A stretch of DNA of 63,081 nucleotides from positions 1-63,081 of the IMG/VR virus record IMGVR_UViG_3300011116_000165, one strand, 5' to 3'. Below are positions 44,664 through 54,021 of this stretch, piece after piece (position 1 is the stretch's first letter; every line of letters begins with the position of its first letter). The DNA is from a virus (Duplodnaviria > Caudoviricetes). Made by a program: the position numbers and the translations under genes. The notes under the pieces are model-generated. The model did no database searches and was not told the DNA's origin. It saw only the letters and a program-made list of their open reading frames with translations.

Positions 44664-45075
44664 CAAAAAGCAGCACAACTTTATGGCTGCGGTAGCAAAC
44701 AACCCCAGTTTTGCAAGCAAGGCTGGCGTACCCCAATCTGTCGGTGCCGATTTTGAAGCGGCGGATAAAGGCTTGAAGTTTGGTAAAGGATCGTCTAAGA
44801 CCCGTGCTGATCTTCAGAAAGTTAACAACCCAAAGACTTTGCACGGCAAAGCATCTATCATGAAAAAAGGTGGTACTACTATGGCTACAAAGAAAATGAA
44901 CCCATTTGCTAAATTTGAGGCGTCTGCCAAAGACAAAGCAATGGACAAAAAGGCAATGGGTATGAAGAAAATGGCTTCTGGTGGCTCTGCCTCTTCCCGC
45001 GCTGACGGTGTTGCTACAAAAGGCAAGACCAAGGGTACATTTGTGAAGATGAACAAGGGCGGCATGTCCTGCTAA
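44650..45075 (+). CDS. Lys-rich protein with SASxRADG tag
   Basis: GTG start after AGGAG; SASSRADGVATKGKTKG. Confidence 0.75.
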   Translation: MPSVSKKQHNFMAAVANNPSFASKAGVPQSVGADFEAADKGLKFGKGSSKTRADLQKVNNPKTLHGKASIMKKGGTTMATKKMNPFAKFEASAKDKAMDKKAMGMKKMASGGSASSRADGVATKGKTKGTFVKMNKGGMSC

Positions 45076-45084
45076 GGATCAATC

Positions 45085-45297
45085 ATGGCTGATTACAAGT
45101 ACCCCAAAGATGTTCCTGTGGACGAGCCGGTTAGCAAAAAACCTGCCCCTAAGCCAAAACCAAAGCCAAAAATGCCTATCTACAAGGACAGTGTTCCTGT
45201 GGATGAGCCGGTGGCAGCAATGGCTAAAGGTGGGTCTGCTTCCAGCCGTGCTGATGGCATTGCTCAACGGGGTAAAACCCGTGGAAAGATGTGCTAA
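45085..45297 (+). CDS. Small Pro/Lys protein with SASxRADG tag
   Basis: Duplicated VPVDEPV; MAKGGSASSRADGIAQRGKTRG. Confidence 0.75.
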   Translation: MADYKYPKDVPVDEPVSKKPAPKPKPKPKMPIYKDSVPVDEPVAAMAKGGSASSRADGIAQRGKTRGKMC

Positions 45298-45300
45298 GCC

Positions 45301-45576
45301 ATGATGGCCTCACGCGGTATGGGCGATATCCTCCCATCCAAAATGCCAAAGGGCAAGAAAACTGCCCGACGGGATAACACTGACTTCACTCAGTACGCTG
45401 AGGGCGGAAAGGTTAATGCTGCTGGCAATTACACAAAACCAAGCCTTCGCAAGAAGATTGTGTCCCAAGTAAAAGCCGCAGCTACCCAAGGCACGGGCGC
45501 AGGAAAATGGAGCGCGAGAAAAGCGCAGCTTGTAGCCAAGAAGTACAAGGCTTCTGGTGGGGGGTACAGAGATTGA
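45301..45576 (+). CDS. DUF5872-like N-terminal half
   Basis: YTKPSLR..WSARKAQL..YKASGGGY. Confidence 0.7.
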   Translation: MMASRGMGDILPSKMPKGKKTARRDNTDFTQYAEGGKVNAAGNYTKPSLRKKIVSQVKAAATQGTGAGKWSARKAQLVAKKYKASGGGYRD

Positions 45577-45806
45577 AAGCTCCGCAGCAATCGCTTAAAG
45601 ATTGGGGTGACCAGAAATGGCGCACTAAATCTGGCAAACCGTCTAGCAAGACGGGAGAGCGATATCTGCCGGAAAAAGCCATAAAATCTTTGAGCCCTGC
45701 TGAGTATGCAGCTACTACCAAAGCCAAACGGGCAGGTAAAGCAGCAGGAAAACAGTTTGTGGCGCAGCCTAAGACAATTGCAAAGAAAACAGCAGGGTTT
45801 AGATAA
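45573..45806 (+). CDS. DUF5872-like C-terminal half
   Basis: TTG start in a TTGA overlap; QQSLKDW..ERYLP..GKQFV. Confidence 0.65.
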   Translation: MKAPQQSLKDWGDQKWRTKSGKPSSKTGERYLPEKAIKSLSPAEYAATTKAKRAGKAAGKQFVAQPKTIAKKTAGFR

Positions 45807-46729
45807 TGGCATACACCTCCGGCTCCACTACGTTTAACCTTGATCTAGTCGAGCTAGTTGAGGAAGCGTTTGAACGCGCTGGTGGTGAACTGCGCACGGG
45901 TTATGACATGCGCACTGCGCGGCGTAGCCTCAACATTATGTTTGCCGACTGGGCCAATCGTGGTTTGAACATGTGGACGATGGAGACGGGCACCATTAAC
46001 TTGGTGCAGGGTCAAAACACCTATCCACTCCCCGAGGACACGGTAGATTTGCTGGAGCATGTGATTCGCACACAGGCCAATAGCACTACCAACCAAGCTG
46101 ACTTGACTATCACCCAAATTAGTGTATCCACGTACGCTACGATCCCCAACAAGCTCACCCAAGCACGTCCAATTCAAGTGTGGTTCCAACGCTATAACGG
46201 CCAGAACTCGCCGACTGGCTTGACTTTGAACGGCGCAATCAGCGCCACGGACACCACGATTGTTCTCAACTCTACTGTTGGCCTGCCCTCTACTGGGTTC
46301 ATAAAAGTTGACAACGAGTATATTAACTACGTGTATATATCAGGGAATACCCTATATAGCTGCTTCCGTGGGCAACAAAACACCACTGCGGCCAGCCACA
46401 CTACGGGCACTGCCGCATACTGGGCGCAAATACCCGCTGTCACCGTTTGGCCAACACCAGATGGAGCGCAGCCCTATCAATTTGTCTACTGGCGACTGCG
46501 CCGCACCCAAGATGCTGGTGGCGGTGTCAACGTGATGGACGTACCGTTTCGCTTTATCCCCTGCATGGCGGCTGGATTGGCCTACTACATGGCGTTAAAA
46601 GTAGCTGGAGGTGCTGAGCGCCTGCCTGTACTGAAGCAGCAATATGATGATTCTTGGGAGCTAGCCGCTACGGAAGACCGTGAAAAGGCAGCTATTCGAT
46701 TTGTTCCAAGACAACAATTTATAAGCTAA
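45806..46729 (+). CDS. Putative head-tail connector/tail protein
   Basis: 307 aa; EEAFER..WANRG..PFRFIP; position in the late arm. Confidence 0.55.
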   Translation: MAYTSGSTTFNLDLVELVEEAFERAGGELRTGYDMRTARRSLNIMFADWANRGLNMWTMETGTINLVQGQNTYPLPEDTVDLLEHVIRTQANSTTNQADLTITQISVSTYATIPNKLTQARPIQVWFQRYNGQNSPTGLTLNGAISATDTTIVLNSTVGLPSTGFIKVDNEYINYVYISGNTLYSCFRGQQNTTAASHTTGTAAYWAQIPAVTVWPTPDGAQPYQFVYWRLRRTQDAGGGVNVMDVPFRFIPCMAAGLAYYMALKVAGGAERLPVLKQQYDDSWELAATEDREKAAIRFVPRQQFIS

Positions 46730-46739
46730 CGGGCCTAAA

Positions 46740-47129
46740 ATGGGTAATCGTTTCGCTTCCGGTAAAAATAGTATCGCTATATGCGATAGGTGTGGCTTTC
46801 AGTTCAAATTAACTGTACTACGCAAAGAAGTTATTAAGACGAAGACGTACAATTTGCTTGTCTGTGATGAGTGCTGGGATCCTGACCAGCCCCAGTTGCA
46901 GTTAGGTATGTACCCAGTAGATGATCCGCAAGCTGTACGCAACCCACGTAGGGATGGTTCATACGTAACAGCAGGGTTGAATGCAAGTGGTAACCTGACT
47001 GGGGGTTCTAGGGATGTTCAGTGGGGTTGGGCACCGGTAGGCGGAGCCAGCCAATTTGACGCAGTTCTTACACCAAATTACTTGGTAGGAACAACAAGTG
47101 TTGGTACAGTATCGGTAACAGTTTCTTAG
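46740..47129 (+). CDS. Zn-finger hypothetical protein
   Basis: CDRC..CDEC. Confidence 0.7.
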   Translation: MGNRFASGKNSIAICDRCGFQFKLTVLRKEVIKTKTYNLLVCDECWDPDQPQLQLGMYPVDDPQAVRNPRRDGSYVTAGLNASGNLTGGSRDVQWGWAPVGGASQFDAVLTPNYLVGTTSVGTVSVTVS

Positions 47130-47138
47130 GAGCTAAAC

Positions 47139-47339
47139 ATGGCAAAAGCAGAATCAATGGCATCGGACAAAAAGCAGGACGTTGCCCTCCTCAAAAAGGC
47201 ATTTAAACAGCACGACAGCCAAGAGCACAAAGGTGGCAAAGGTACATCGTTGAAGCTAAAAAAAGGTGGCCCGACTACGGATGACCGTATGCGTATGGGT
47301 CGCAACTTGTCTCGTGCAGCTAACCAAAAGACGGGGTAA
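47139..47339 (+). CDS. Small basic protein
   Basis: SD AGGAG; LKKGG. Confidence 0.65.
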   Translation: MAKAESMASDKKQDVALLKKAFKQHDSQEHKGGKGTSLKLKKGGPTTDDRMRMGRNLSRAANQKTG

Positions 47340-47343
47340 TACT

Positions 47344-47610
47344 ATGGCTACTTATAGCAAAAAAATAATGGGTAAAGAAATTGGCGCTGCTAGCGTTTAC
47401 GCACCTCCGCACAAGATGGACGGTAAAGCGCTGAAGATTTCTGGTAACCCCGGTAAAGATTCTGAACTTAGTAGCATGTCTACTATGCGCATGAGCGTCG
47501 GCGCTATCAGCAAGTCTGCCGGTGACGAGCAAACCAAAACCAGCGGCATCAAAATCCGTGGTACTGGCGCAGCTACCAAAGGTTTGTACGCAAGAGGCCC
47601 AATGGCATGA
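47344..47610 (+). CDS. Small basic protein
   Basis: C-terminal RGTGAATKG. Confidence 0.65.
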   Translation: MATYSKKIMGKEIGAASVYAPPHKMDGKALKISGNPGKDSELSSMSTMRMSVGAISKSAGDEQTKTSGIKIRGTGAATKGLYARGPMA

Positions 47611-48275
47611 ACTACGCTGCGCTTGTAGTTGCGATTTCCGATTACACGGAGAACACCTTTCAAACGGTGGATGTAAACCTGTTCATTACACAGGCAGAGC
47701 AGCGCATCTACAATTCAGTGCAGTTCCCCTCGTTGCGTAAAAACGTGACGGGGACGTTGACGGCTAGTAATAAATACCTAGCTTGCCCAGATGATTTCCT
47801 TGCGCCATATTCTTTGGCTATTTTCCCGGTCGGTGGTGGGGATTACACATACTTGTTAAACAAAGATGTGAACTTCATGCGTGAAGCATACCCAAACCCA
47901 ACTTCTACAGGGACGCCTAAATACTACGGTTTGTTTGGCCCCGCAGTTTCTGGCAGCACCATCAGTAACGAGTTGACGTTCATCCTCGGCCCGACACCGG
48001 ATACAACCTATTCCGCTGAGTTGCACTACTACTATTACCCTGAGTCCATCACCACCGCTTCTAGTGGACAAACTTGGCTGGGCGACAACTTTGATTCCGT
48101 ACTGCTGTACGGTTCTTTGGTTGAGGCTTACACCTACATGAAGGGTGAGCAGGACATGATGGGCCTATACAACCAAAAGTACATGGAAGCCCTTGCACTT
48201 GCCAAACGTCTGGGCGATGGCATGGAGCGCCAAGACGCATACCGTAATGGTCAATATAGGCAGGCGGTCACATGA
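47607..48275 (+). CDS. Putative adaptor/tail tubular protein
   Basis: FITQAEQRI..GTPKYY..LGPTPD..LLYGSL. Confidence 0.65.
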   Translation: MNYAALVVAISDYTENTFQTVDVNLFITQAEQRIYNSVQFPSLRKNVTGTLTASNKYLACPDDFLAPYSLAIFPVGGGDYTYLLNKDVNFMREAYPNPTSTGTPKYYGLFGPAVSGSTISNELTFILGPTPDTTYSAELHYYYYPESITTASSGQTWLGDNFDSVLLYGSLVEAYTYMKGEQDMMGLYNQKYMEALALAKRLGDGMERQDAYRNGQYRQAVT

Positions 48276-48688
48276 GCATAGTTCAAACCCAGACCACCAG
48301 CTTCAAAAAGGAGTTGTACCAAGGCGTTCACGATCTATCTACGGACACGATCTACATTGCCTTGTACACGGCTGCGGCTGATTTGAACGCAGCAACTACG
48401 GTGTACTCCAGCACCAATGAAGTGTCTGCTACGGGCTACACGGCTGGCGGTCAAGTAATGACTGGGGTTTCCATCAACACGGACGGCTACACGGCCTACG
48501 TTAACTGGGCCAACGTGTCTTGGACTTCTGCTTTGACGGCCCGGTGCGCGTTAATTTATAACGTGACCCAAGGTAATAAATCGGTAGCTGTGCTGGACTT
48601 TGGTTCTGACAAAACGTCAACCACCACGTTTACAATTACGATGCCGTCAAATACCTCAACCACCGCACTTATTAGGAGTTCAAATTGA
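48272..48688 (+). CDS. Virion structural protein (paralog of 49317-49793)
   Basis: TSF..EL..H..DT..ALY..GYTAGG..FT.TMPSN. Confidence 0.7.
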   Translation: MSIVQTQTTSFKKELYQGVHDLSTDTIYIALYTAAADLNAATTVYSSTNEVSATGYTAGGQVMTGVSINTDGYTAYVNWANVSWTSALTARCALIYNVTQGNKSVAVLDFGSDKTSTTTFTITMPSNTSTTALIRSSN

Positions 48689-48876
48689 TCGTTACTACTA
48701 CCAAAGGCGATATGGACGATTCCTTGCTTGTCAAACAAGAAGGCTCCATAGATAATGAGAACGAACTTACAGTGTGGACTGAATACTGGCTGGACGGGGA
48801 GCTTGTCCATCGCTCCGCGCACGTTACTTTGAAACAAATGCCCGTTTTTGCGGGTGGCGATACTGCTTCTTTCTAA
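48685..48876 (+). CDS. Small hypothetical protein
   Basis: TTG start after AGGAG; EYWLDGELVHRS. Confidence 0.6.
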   Translation: MIVTTTKGDMDDSLLVKQEGSIDNENELTVWTEYWLDGELVHRSAHVTLKQMPVFAGGDTASF

Positions 48877-48886
48877 GGATGGTTAA

Positions 48887-49324
48887 GTGAAAACTACGCA
48901 CAAATGCTCTGTTTGCAAGGAAGAAAAATCCTTGTCGGAGTTTCCTATGCGTAAAACACACCGTCCGGGGAAGCCTGTATCGCAGTGTACGGCTTGCCGC
49001 GTAGCGTATAACAAAGCATATAGAGCAAAAAACAAAGAAAAAGTTCTTGAAATTGAACGCAAGAGCAAGTTAAAAATGACCTACGGCATTACTGTAGGCC
49101 AGTATGATGCGTTGTTAGATAGGCAAGATGGAAAGTGTGCTATTTGTGCGGCTAAAAAACCGGGCGGTAGGACTAAAATGTTTTTTATCGACCACTGTCA
49201 TAGCACAGGTAAAGTACGCGGTTTACTTTGTATGCGGTGTAATACTGGACTGGGTTTGTTTTTGGACAATCCAAAATTTCTTTTAAACGCAATTTCTTAT
49301 CTTAAGGAGAACTCAGGTGAGTAA
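48887..49324 (+). CDS. Endonuclease VII-like (probable homing) endonuclease
   Basis: CAIC..IDHCHSTGKVRGLLCMRCN; N-terminal CxxC pairs. Confidence 0.88.
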   Translation: MKTTHKCSVCKEEKSLSEFPMRKTHRPGKPVSQCTACRVAYNKAYRAKNKEKVLEIERKSKLKMTYGITVGQYDALLDRQDGKCAICAAKKPGGRTKMFFIDHCHSTGKVRGLLCMRCNTGLGLFLDNPKFLLNAISYLKENSGE

Positions 49325-49793
49325 TACCCAATCAATGTGCACTTCGTTCCTTGGTGAACTGATGACTGCAACCCACAATTTTGGCGCTTCACCAGTGCGT
49401 GCAGCAGCCACTGCTGACACGTTTAAAGCTGCGTTATATTTAGCATCTGCAACGCTTAACGCCTCCACCACGGTGTACTCTGCTACCGGTGAAGTATCTG
49501 GTACAGGCTATACAGCGGGCGGCGTAACAATTACAAATGCAACTGCTCCAACTTCAACCAATGCGTCTGCAACGGCAGGCGTTGGTTATTGGACTCCCTC
49601 TGCGTCTATTGTGTACACAACCGTTACGTTGACAACTTCGTTTGACACGGTGTTTATCTATAACTCTACGCAGTCAAACAAGGCCGTTAGCGTTCACACG
49701 TTTACTGCTCAGACCATTACTGCTGGCACGTTTACACTGACCATGCCATCCAACACCACGACAACAGCGTTGTTGCGTTTGGCTACAACCTAA
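49317..49793 (+). CDS. Virion structural protein (paralog of 48272-48688)
   Basis: GTG start after AGGAG; same motif set. Confidence 0.7.
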   Translation: MSNTQSMCTSFLGELMTATHNFGASPVRAAATADTFKAALYLASATLNASTTVYSATGEVSGTGYTAGGVTITNATAPTSTNASATAGVGYWTPSASIVYTTVTLTTSFDTVFIYNSTQSNKAVSVHTFTAQTITAGTFTLTMPSNTTTTALLRLATT

Positions 49794-49824
49794 TAGCGGG
49801 GCGCGGCTAGTAGCCGTGTAGGCC

Positions 49825-50967
49825 ATGTTCGGATTTTCCCCGTTCGCCGGAGCCCCATTTGGAGATACGGGGAGTACTACCTCCGCCCCTACTTCGGGGT
49901 GGGGAGCAGGAGCGTGGGGAGATGGGCCTTGGGGCATTTCGGATATATCTCTTGCGCTTACGGGTGTACAGGCATCAGGACAGGTCGGCACAGAAACAAG
50001 TGGAATTAGCCTCGCACTTAGCGGGGTATCCGCCACAGGAAGCACTGGAACAGTAACAGCATCACAGGCTATATCTGTCGCGCTTACTGGGGTATCCGCT
50101 TCTGGTAATGCTGGAACAGTAACCACTTCAGCCACGGCCTCACAAGCATTAACTGGGGTACAAGCAACTGGAAGCGCTGGAACGGTCACCACTTCTGCCG
50201 CAGTTTCACAGGCTTTAACAGGCGTAGCGGCTTCTGGTGTTTTGGGGATAGTAGAGTTAGGTGGAGTTTCTTTAGCTTTAACAGGCGTATCAGCCACGGG
50301 TAGTGCAGGAACAGTAACCGCATCAATAGTCGTATCACAAGCATTAACCGGGGTACAAGCAACCGGCAGCGCCGGGACAGTAACCACTTCAGCCACGGCT
50401 TCACAGGCATTAACTGGCGTTAGTGCAGCAGGATTAGTTGAGTCGGTAACTGCTTCAGCATCTCTTTCCATAGCTTTAACAGGGGTTCAAGCCGCCGGGT
50501 CAGTTGGATCGGTTACCACATCGTTTGTTATATCCCAAGCGTTAACTGGAGTACAGGCTCAAGGTGACAATGGCACAGTAGGCACTACAGCGGAAGCATC
50601 CCAAACCTTAACCGGGGTGCAGGCTGCTGGCTCTATAGGCACAGTAGGTACAAGTAGAATATTTGAAGTTGCGCTGACGGGTGTATCTGCCTCCGGCGCG
50701 GTGGGGGATGTCTCCAGAGAAATTGCAGTTTCTCTAACGGGAGTTTTGGCATCCGCCCTTGCAGGAACGGCAGGAACAAGTCAAAATGTTGTTCGTGCGC
50801 TTACCGGTGTGCAGGCTAACGGGCAAGTTAATGATGTCTACCCGCCGTGGACAATAATTGATGATAGCCAAAACCCGGATTGGCAAGCCATATCCAACGC
50901 ACAAACTGCTGCTTGGCAAGTCATATCTGATGCACAAACTGCTAGTTGGCAACTAATTAACACATAG
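49825..50967 (+). CDS. Repeat-rich tail/fiber protein
   Basis: Tandem ~19-22-aa ALTGVxAxGxxGTV repeats; GWGAGAWG. Confidence 0.7.
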   Translation: MFGFSPFAGAPFGDTGSTTSAPTSGWGAGAWGDGPWGISDISLALTGVQASGQVGTETSGISLALSGVSATGSTGTVTASQAISVALTGVSASGNAGTVTTSATASQALTGVQATGSAGTVTTSAAVSQALTGVAASGVLGIVELGGVSLALTGVSATGSAGTVTASIVVSQALTGVQATGSAGTVTTSATASQALTGVSAAGLVESVTASASLSIALTGVQAAGSVGSVTTSFVISQALTGVQAQGDNGTVGTTAEASQTLTGVQAAGSIGTVGTSRIFEVALTGVSASGAVGDVSREIAVSLTGVLASALAGTAGTSQNVVRALTGVQANGQVNDVYPPWTIIDDSQNPDWQAISNAQTAAWQVISDAQTASWQLINT

Positions 50968-50975
50968 GTATATGT

Positions 50976-51326
50976 ATGGCACTCATAATTGCTGACCGGG
51001 TACAAGAAACCACCACAGTCACCGGGACAGGTACTGCTACGCTTTTGGGTGCAGTTACTGGATTTCAGAGTTTCTCCGCCGTCGGGGATGGGAATTCAAC
51101 GTATTACACAATTGCAGGGCAAAGCGGATCAGAGTGGGAGGTTGGAATTGGGACGTACACTGCATCCGGCACCACACTAGCGCGTACCACAGTAATAGCG
51201 TCCAGTAATTCTGGTTCACTTGTTACTTTTTCCGCAGGTACTAAGAACGTATTTTGTACATTACCGGCAGAACGGGCAACTACATTTGGCAGATCATTAA
51301 TTTCATCCATTGTCTTTGGATACTAA
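50976..51326 (+). CDS. Tail-associated protein
   Basis: ADRVQETT..WEVGIGTY..FSAGTKNVF. Confidence 0.65.
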   Translation: MALIIADRVQETTTVTGTGTATLLGAVTGFQSFSAVGDGNSTYYTIAGQSGSEWEVGIGTYTASGTTLARTTVIASSNSGSLVTFSAGTKNVFCTLPAERATTFGRSLISSIVFGY

Positions 51327-51335
51327 GGAAACAGC

Positions 51336-51707
51336 ATGGCAAATCCTAATTTAATTAACGCAAGCTCAATTTACGGCAGTACGTCCTATTTGATTCCAAG
51401 CACAACATCGGCGACAACATGGACTGCTCTTACTCCTGCCGCGGGCACGGTAAATAAAATTGATAATATTGTTGCTTCAAATGTAACAGCCTCAACTGCA
51501 ACTGTAACCGTATCAATTAATAGTGCTGCTGCCGGGGGCGGCACTGCATACCGCCTTATTTACCAATTACCGGTTCCTATTAATGCCGCTGTTGTTATTG
51601 TTGATAAAAGCACGGCATTTTATTTAGGCGAAGCGCAATCTATTGTTGTAACAGTAGGAACTGCTTCTGCTATTGAACTCACCGCTTCCTACGAGGCGCT
51701 TACCTAA
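51336..51707 (+). CDS. Tail-associated protein
   Basis: MANPNL..YLGE..SYE. Confidence 0.6.
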   Translation: MANPNLINASSIYGSTSYLIPSTTSATTWTALTPAAGTVNKIDNIVASNVTASTATVTVSINSAAAGGGTAYRLIYQLPVPINAAVVIVDKSTAFYLGEAQSIVVTVGTASAIELTASYEALT

Positions 51708-52690
51708 TGTCCACGCAGTACAAGGGTTCTGTTCTTTCATCAACAGAACAACCCACTTCAAGTTCCGTTGCTCAAGGAATTTGGAATACCAGCGATGCAA
51801 TGCAAGCACAAAAGGCGGGAACATGGCCCCTGATGAGTATTCCCGTTGAGTATTTAGTTCTAGCAGGTGGTGGAGCGGGCGCAGCAGGTAACTCAGGAAA
51901 CGTTGGTAATGGTGGAGGCGGTGCGGGTGGTTTACTAACCAGTACTGCAAGTTTTATTCCAGCTACTGCTTATACCTTCACTGTAGGAGCAGGCGCAACA
52001 GGAACTGTTGCAGGTCTTGGAAATGTTGCATCAAACGGATTAAATTCAGTAATTTCTGGCACAGGAATTACCACAATAACCGCACTTGGTGGCGGCAGCG
52101 CAATGGGATATAGGGCAACCGCTGCATCTTCTAATTCTGGAGGTTCTGGCGGTGGTGGTTCATACAACACTGTTACGGCAGGAACAGGAACTGCTGGCCC
52201 TCCACGACAAGGCTATGATGGAGGTGCTGGTGTTGCTGCTGGAACTTATGCTGGCGGTGGAGGCGGCGGTGCTGGCGGAGCTGGAGCAGCAGGCTCTGTT
52301 AGTGGTAATGGTGGAATAGGTGTACAAAGTTCTATTACTGGAACAGCTATATATTATGGCGGCGGCGGTGGCGGCGGCGCATTAAGTGGAACAGCACCTA
52401 CCGGTGGTTCTGGTGGCGGTGGCGCAGGCGGTCTTGCGGCAGCAGGTGTAGCGGGTACTGCTAACTTAGGTGGCGGCGGGGGCGGCGCAGCTAATGTTCT
52501 TTCAACAGGTGCAAATGGTGGTTCTGGTGTAATTATTATTGCGTACCCAGACACTTACCCAAGTGCTTCAGCGGCAAGCGCAGGACTTACTATTAATGGA
52601 AGTGCAGGCAATACAACCCCAGATACAGCATCTAGGTCGGGTTATAAAATATACAAAATTACCGCTGGTACTGGCACTATCACATGGTGA
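51707..52690 (+). CDS. Glycine-rich tail appendage protein 1
   Basis: YLVLAGGG..GGSGVIII. Confidence 0.75.
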   Translation: MSTQYKGSVLSSTEQPTSSSVAQGIWNTSDAMQAQKAGTWPLMSIPVEYLVLAGGGAGAAGNSGNVGNGGGGAGGLLTSTASFIPATAYTFTVGAGATGTVAGLGNVASNGLNSVISGTGITTITALGGGSAMGYRATAASSNSGGSGGGGSYNTVTAGTGTAGPPRQGYDGGAGVAAGTYAGGGGGGAGGAGAAGSVSGNGGIGVQSSITGTAIYYGGGGGGGALSGTAPTGGSGGGGAGGLAAAGVAGTANLGGGGGGAANVLSTGANGGSGVIIIAYPDTYPSASAASAGLTINGSAGNTTPDTASRSGYKIYKITAGTGTITW

Positions 52691-52696
52691 ACAATA

Positions 52697-53656
52697 ATGT
52701 CTATTAGATACAAAGGCTCTATTCTTTCATCTACAGCGCAAACTACTAGCTCTAGTAGTGCTAAAGGTATTTGGAAAAGATCTACTATCTTGCAAGCGTT
52801 AAAAGCAAGTGCATGGCCTTTGTTTTCAACTTCAGTTTCCGTTGATTACTTGGTTGTTGCTGGTGGCGGCAGTGGGGGTAGAGAAGGTTTTAACACTGGT
52901 ACAGGTGGCGGTGGTGGCGCTGGCGGCTTGTTGACCAATACTGTTACGTTAAATCAGGGAACAGCCTACACAATTACCGTCGGGCCGGGTGGAACAGCGC
53001 CTGCTGGAGCAAGTGTTGGAAATAATGGCACAGCTTCTTCAATTGCCGGGACTGGTCTTACGACTATCTCAGCTACCGGAGGCGGGGGTGGCGGTGGTGG
53101 AGCGTCAGTTGCTACCGTTGGTAACGGCGGTTCTGGTGGTGGTGGTGGTAGCGCATCACAAGCTGGCGGCACAGGAACTGCTGGCCCCCCGCGCCAAGGC
53201 TATAACGGAGGTACTGCTACAGCTAATTTGGGCGGCTCAACTGCTGCCGCTGGTGGAGGTGGTTCAAGCGCTGTTGGTACAAACGGAGCATCAGGCGCAG
53301 GTGGTGCGGGCGGCGCTGGTACTGCATCTAGCTTATCTGGTTCCTCAGTAACTTACGCTGGAGGCGGGGGTGGCTCTGCTTACACCACAGCAGGCGCAGG
53401 TGGTGCTGGCGGCGGTGGTGCTGGTGGTAAATACAACACATCTGTTGGTGTAGCGGGAACAGCAAATACTGGCGGTGGAGGCGGGGGTGGCTCTAATGGG
53501 ACAAATCCAAGTCCCGGCGCTGGCGGTTCGGGTGTTGTAATTCTCAGGGTTTTGCTTGCTGTTACGGCAACAGGCACAACTGGATCGCCTACTGTTACTA
53601 CTGATGCGACTTATCGGTATTATAAATTTACTGGTAGCGGAACAATAACATTCTAA
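52697..53656 (+). CDS. Glycine-rich tail appendage protein 2 (paralog)
   Basis: Shares N-terminus, YLVVAGGG, GPPRQGY and GGSGVVI with 51707. Confidence 0.75.
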   Translation: MSIRYKGSILSSTAQTTSSSSAKGIWKRSTILQALKASAWPLFSTSVSVDYLVVAGGGSGGREGFNTGTGGGGGAGGLLTNTVTLNQGTAYTITVGPGGTAPAGASVGNNGTASSIAGTGLTTISATGGGGGGGGASVATVGNGGSGGGGGSASQAGGTGTAGPPRQGYNGGTATANLGGSTAAAGGGGSSAVGTNGASGAGGAGGAGTASSLSGSSVTYAGGGGGSAYTTAGAGGAGGGGAGGKYNTSVGVAGTANTGGGGGGGSNGTNPSPGAGGSGVVILRVLLAVTATGTTGSPTVTTDATYRYYKFTGSGTITF

Positions 53657-53658
53657 TC

Positions 53659-54021
53659 ATGGCACATTTTGCAAAACTTGGTGAAAATAATGTAGTGCTT
53701 GAAGTGCATTGCATCCATAACAACGAGTTATTGGTAGATGGCGTAGAGTCAGAAGCCAAAGGAATTGAGTTCTTAGTTACTTGGAGCGGCGGCTATCCGT
53801 TGTGGAAGCAGACCTCCTATAATGCTACCACCCGGAAAAACTATGCGGGTATTGGCTACACCTATGACTCAGACAGGGATGCTTTTATCCCGCCAACACC
53901 GTACCCTAGCTGGCTGCTTGACGAGCAAACCTGCCAGTGGAAACCCCCCACAGATTTCCCAAATGATGGTAAGATTTACCAGTGGGATGAATCGACAACA
54001 TCTTGGAAAGAGATCCTATGA
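53659..54021 (+). CDS. Tail-associated hypothetical protein
   Basis: MAHFA..WKQTSYN..RKNYAGIG..DAFIPP..Y.WDE. Confidence 0.7.
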   Translation: MAHFAKLGENNVVLEVHCIHNNELLVDGVESEAKGIEFLVTWSGGYPLWKQTSYNATTRKNYAGIGYTYDSDRDAFIPPTPYPSWLLDEQTCQWKPPTDFPNDGKIYQWDESTTSWKEIL

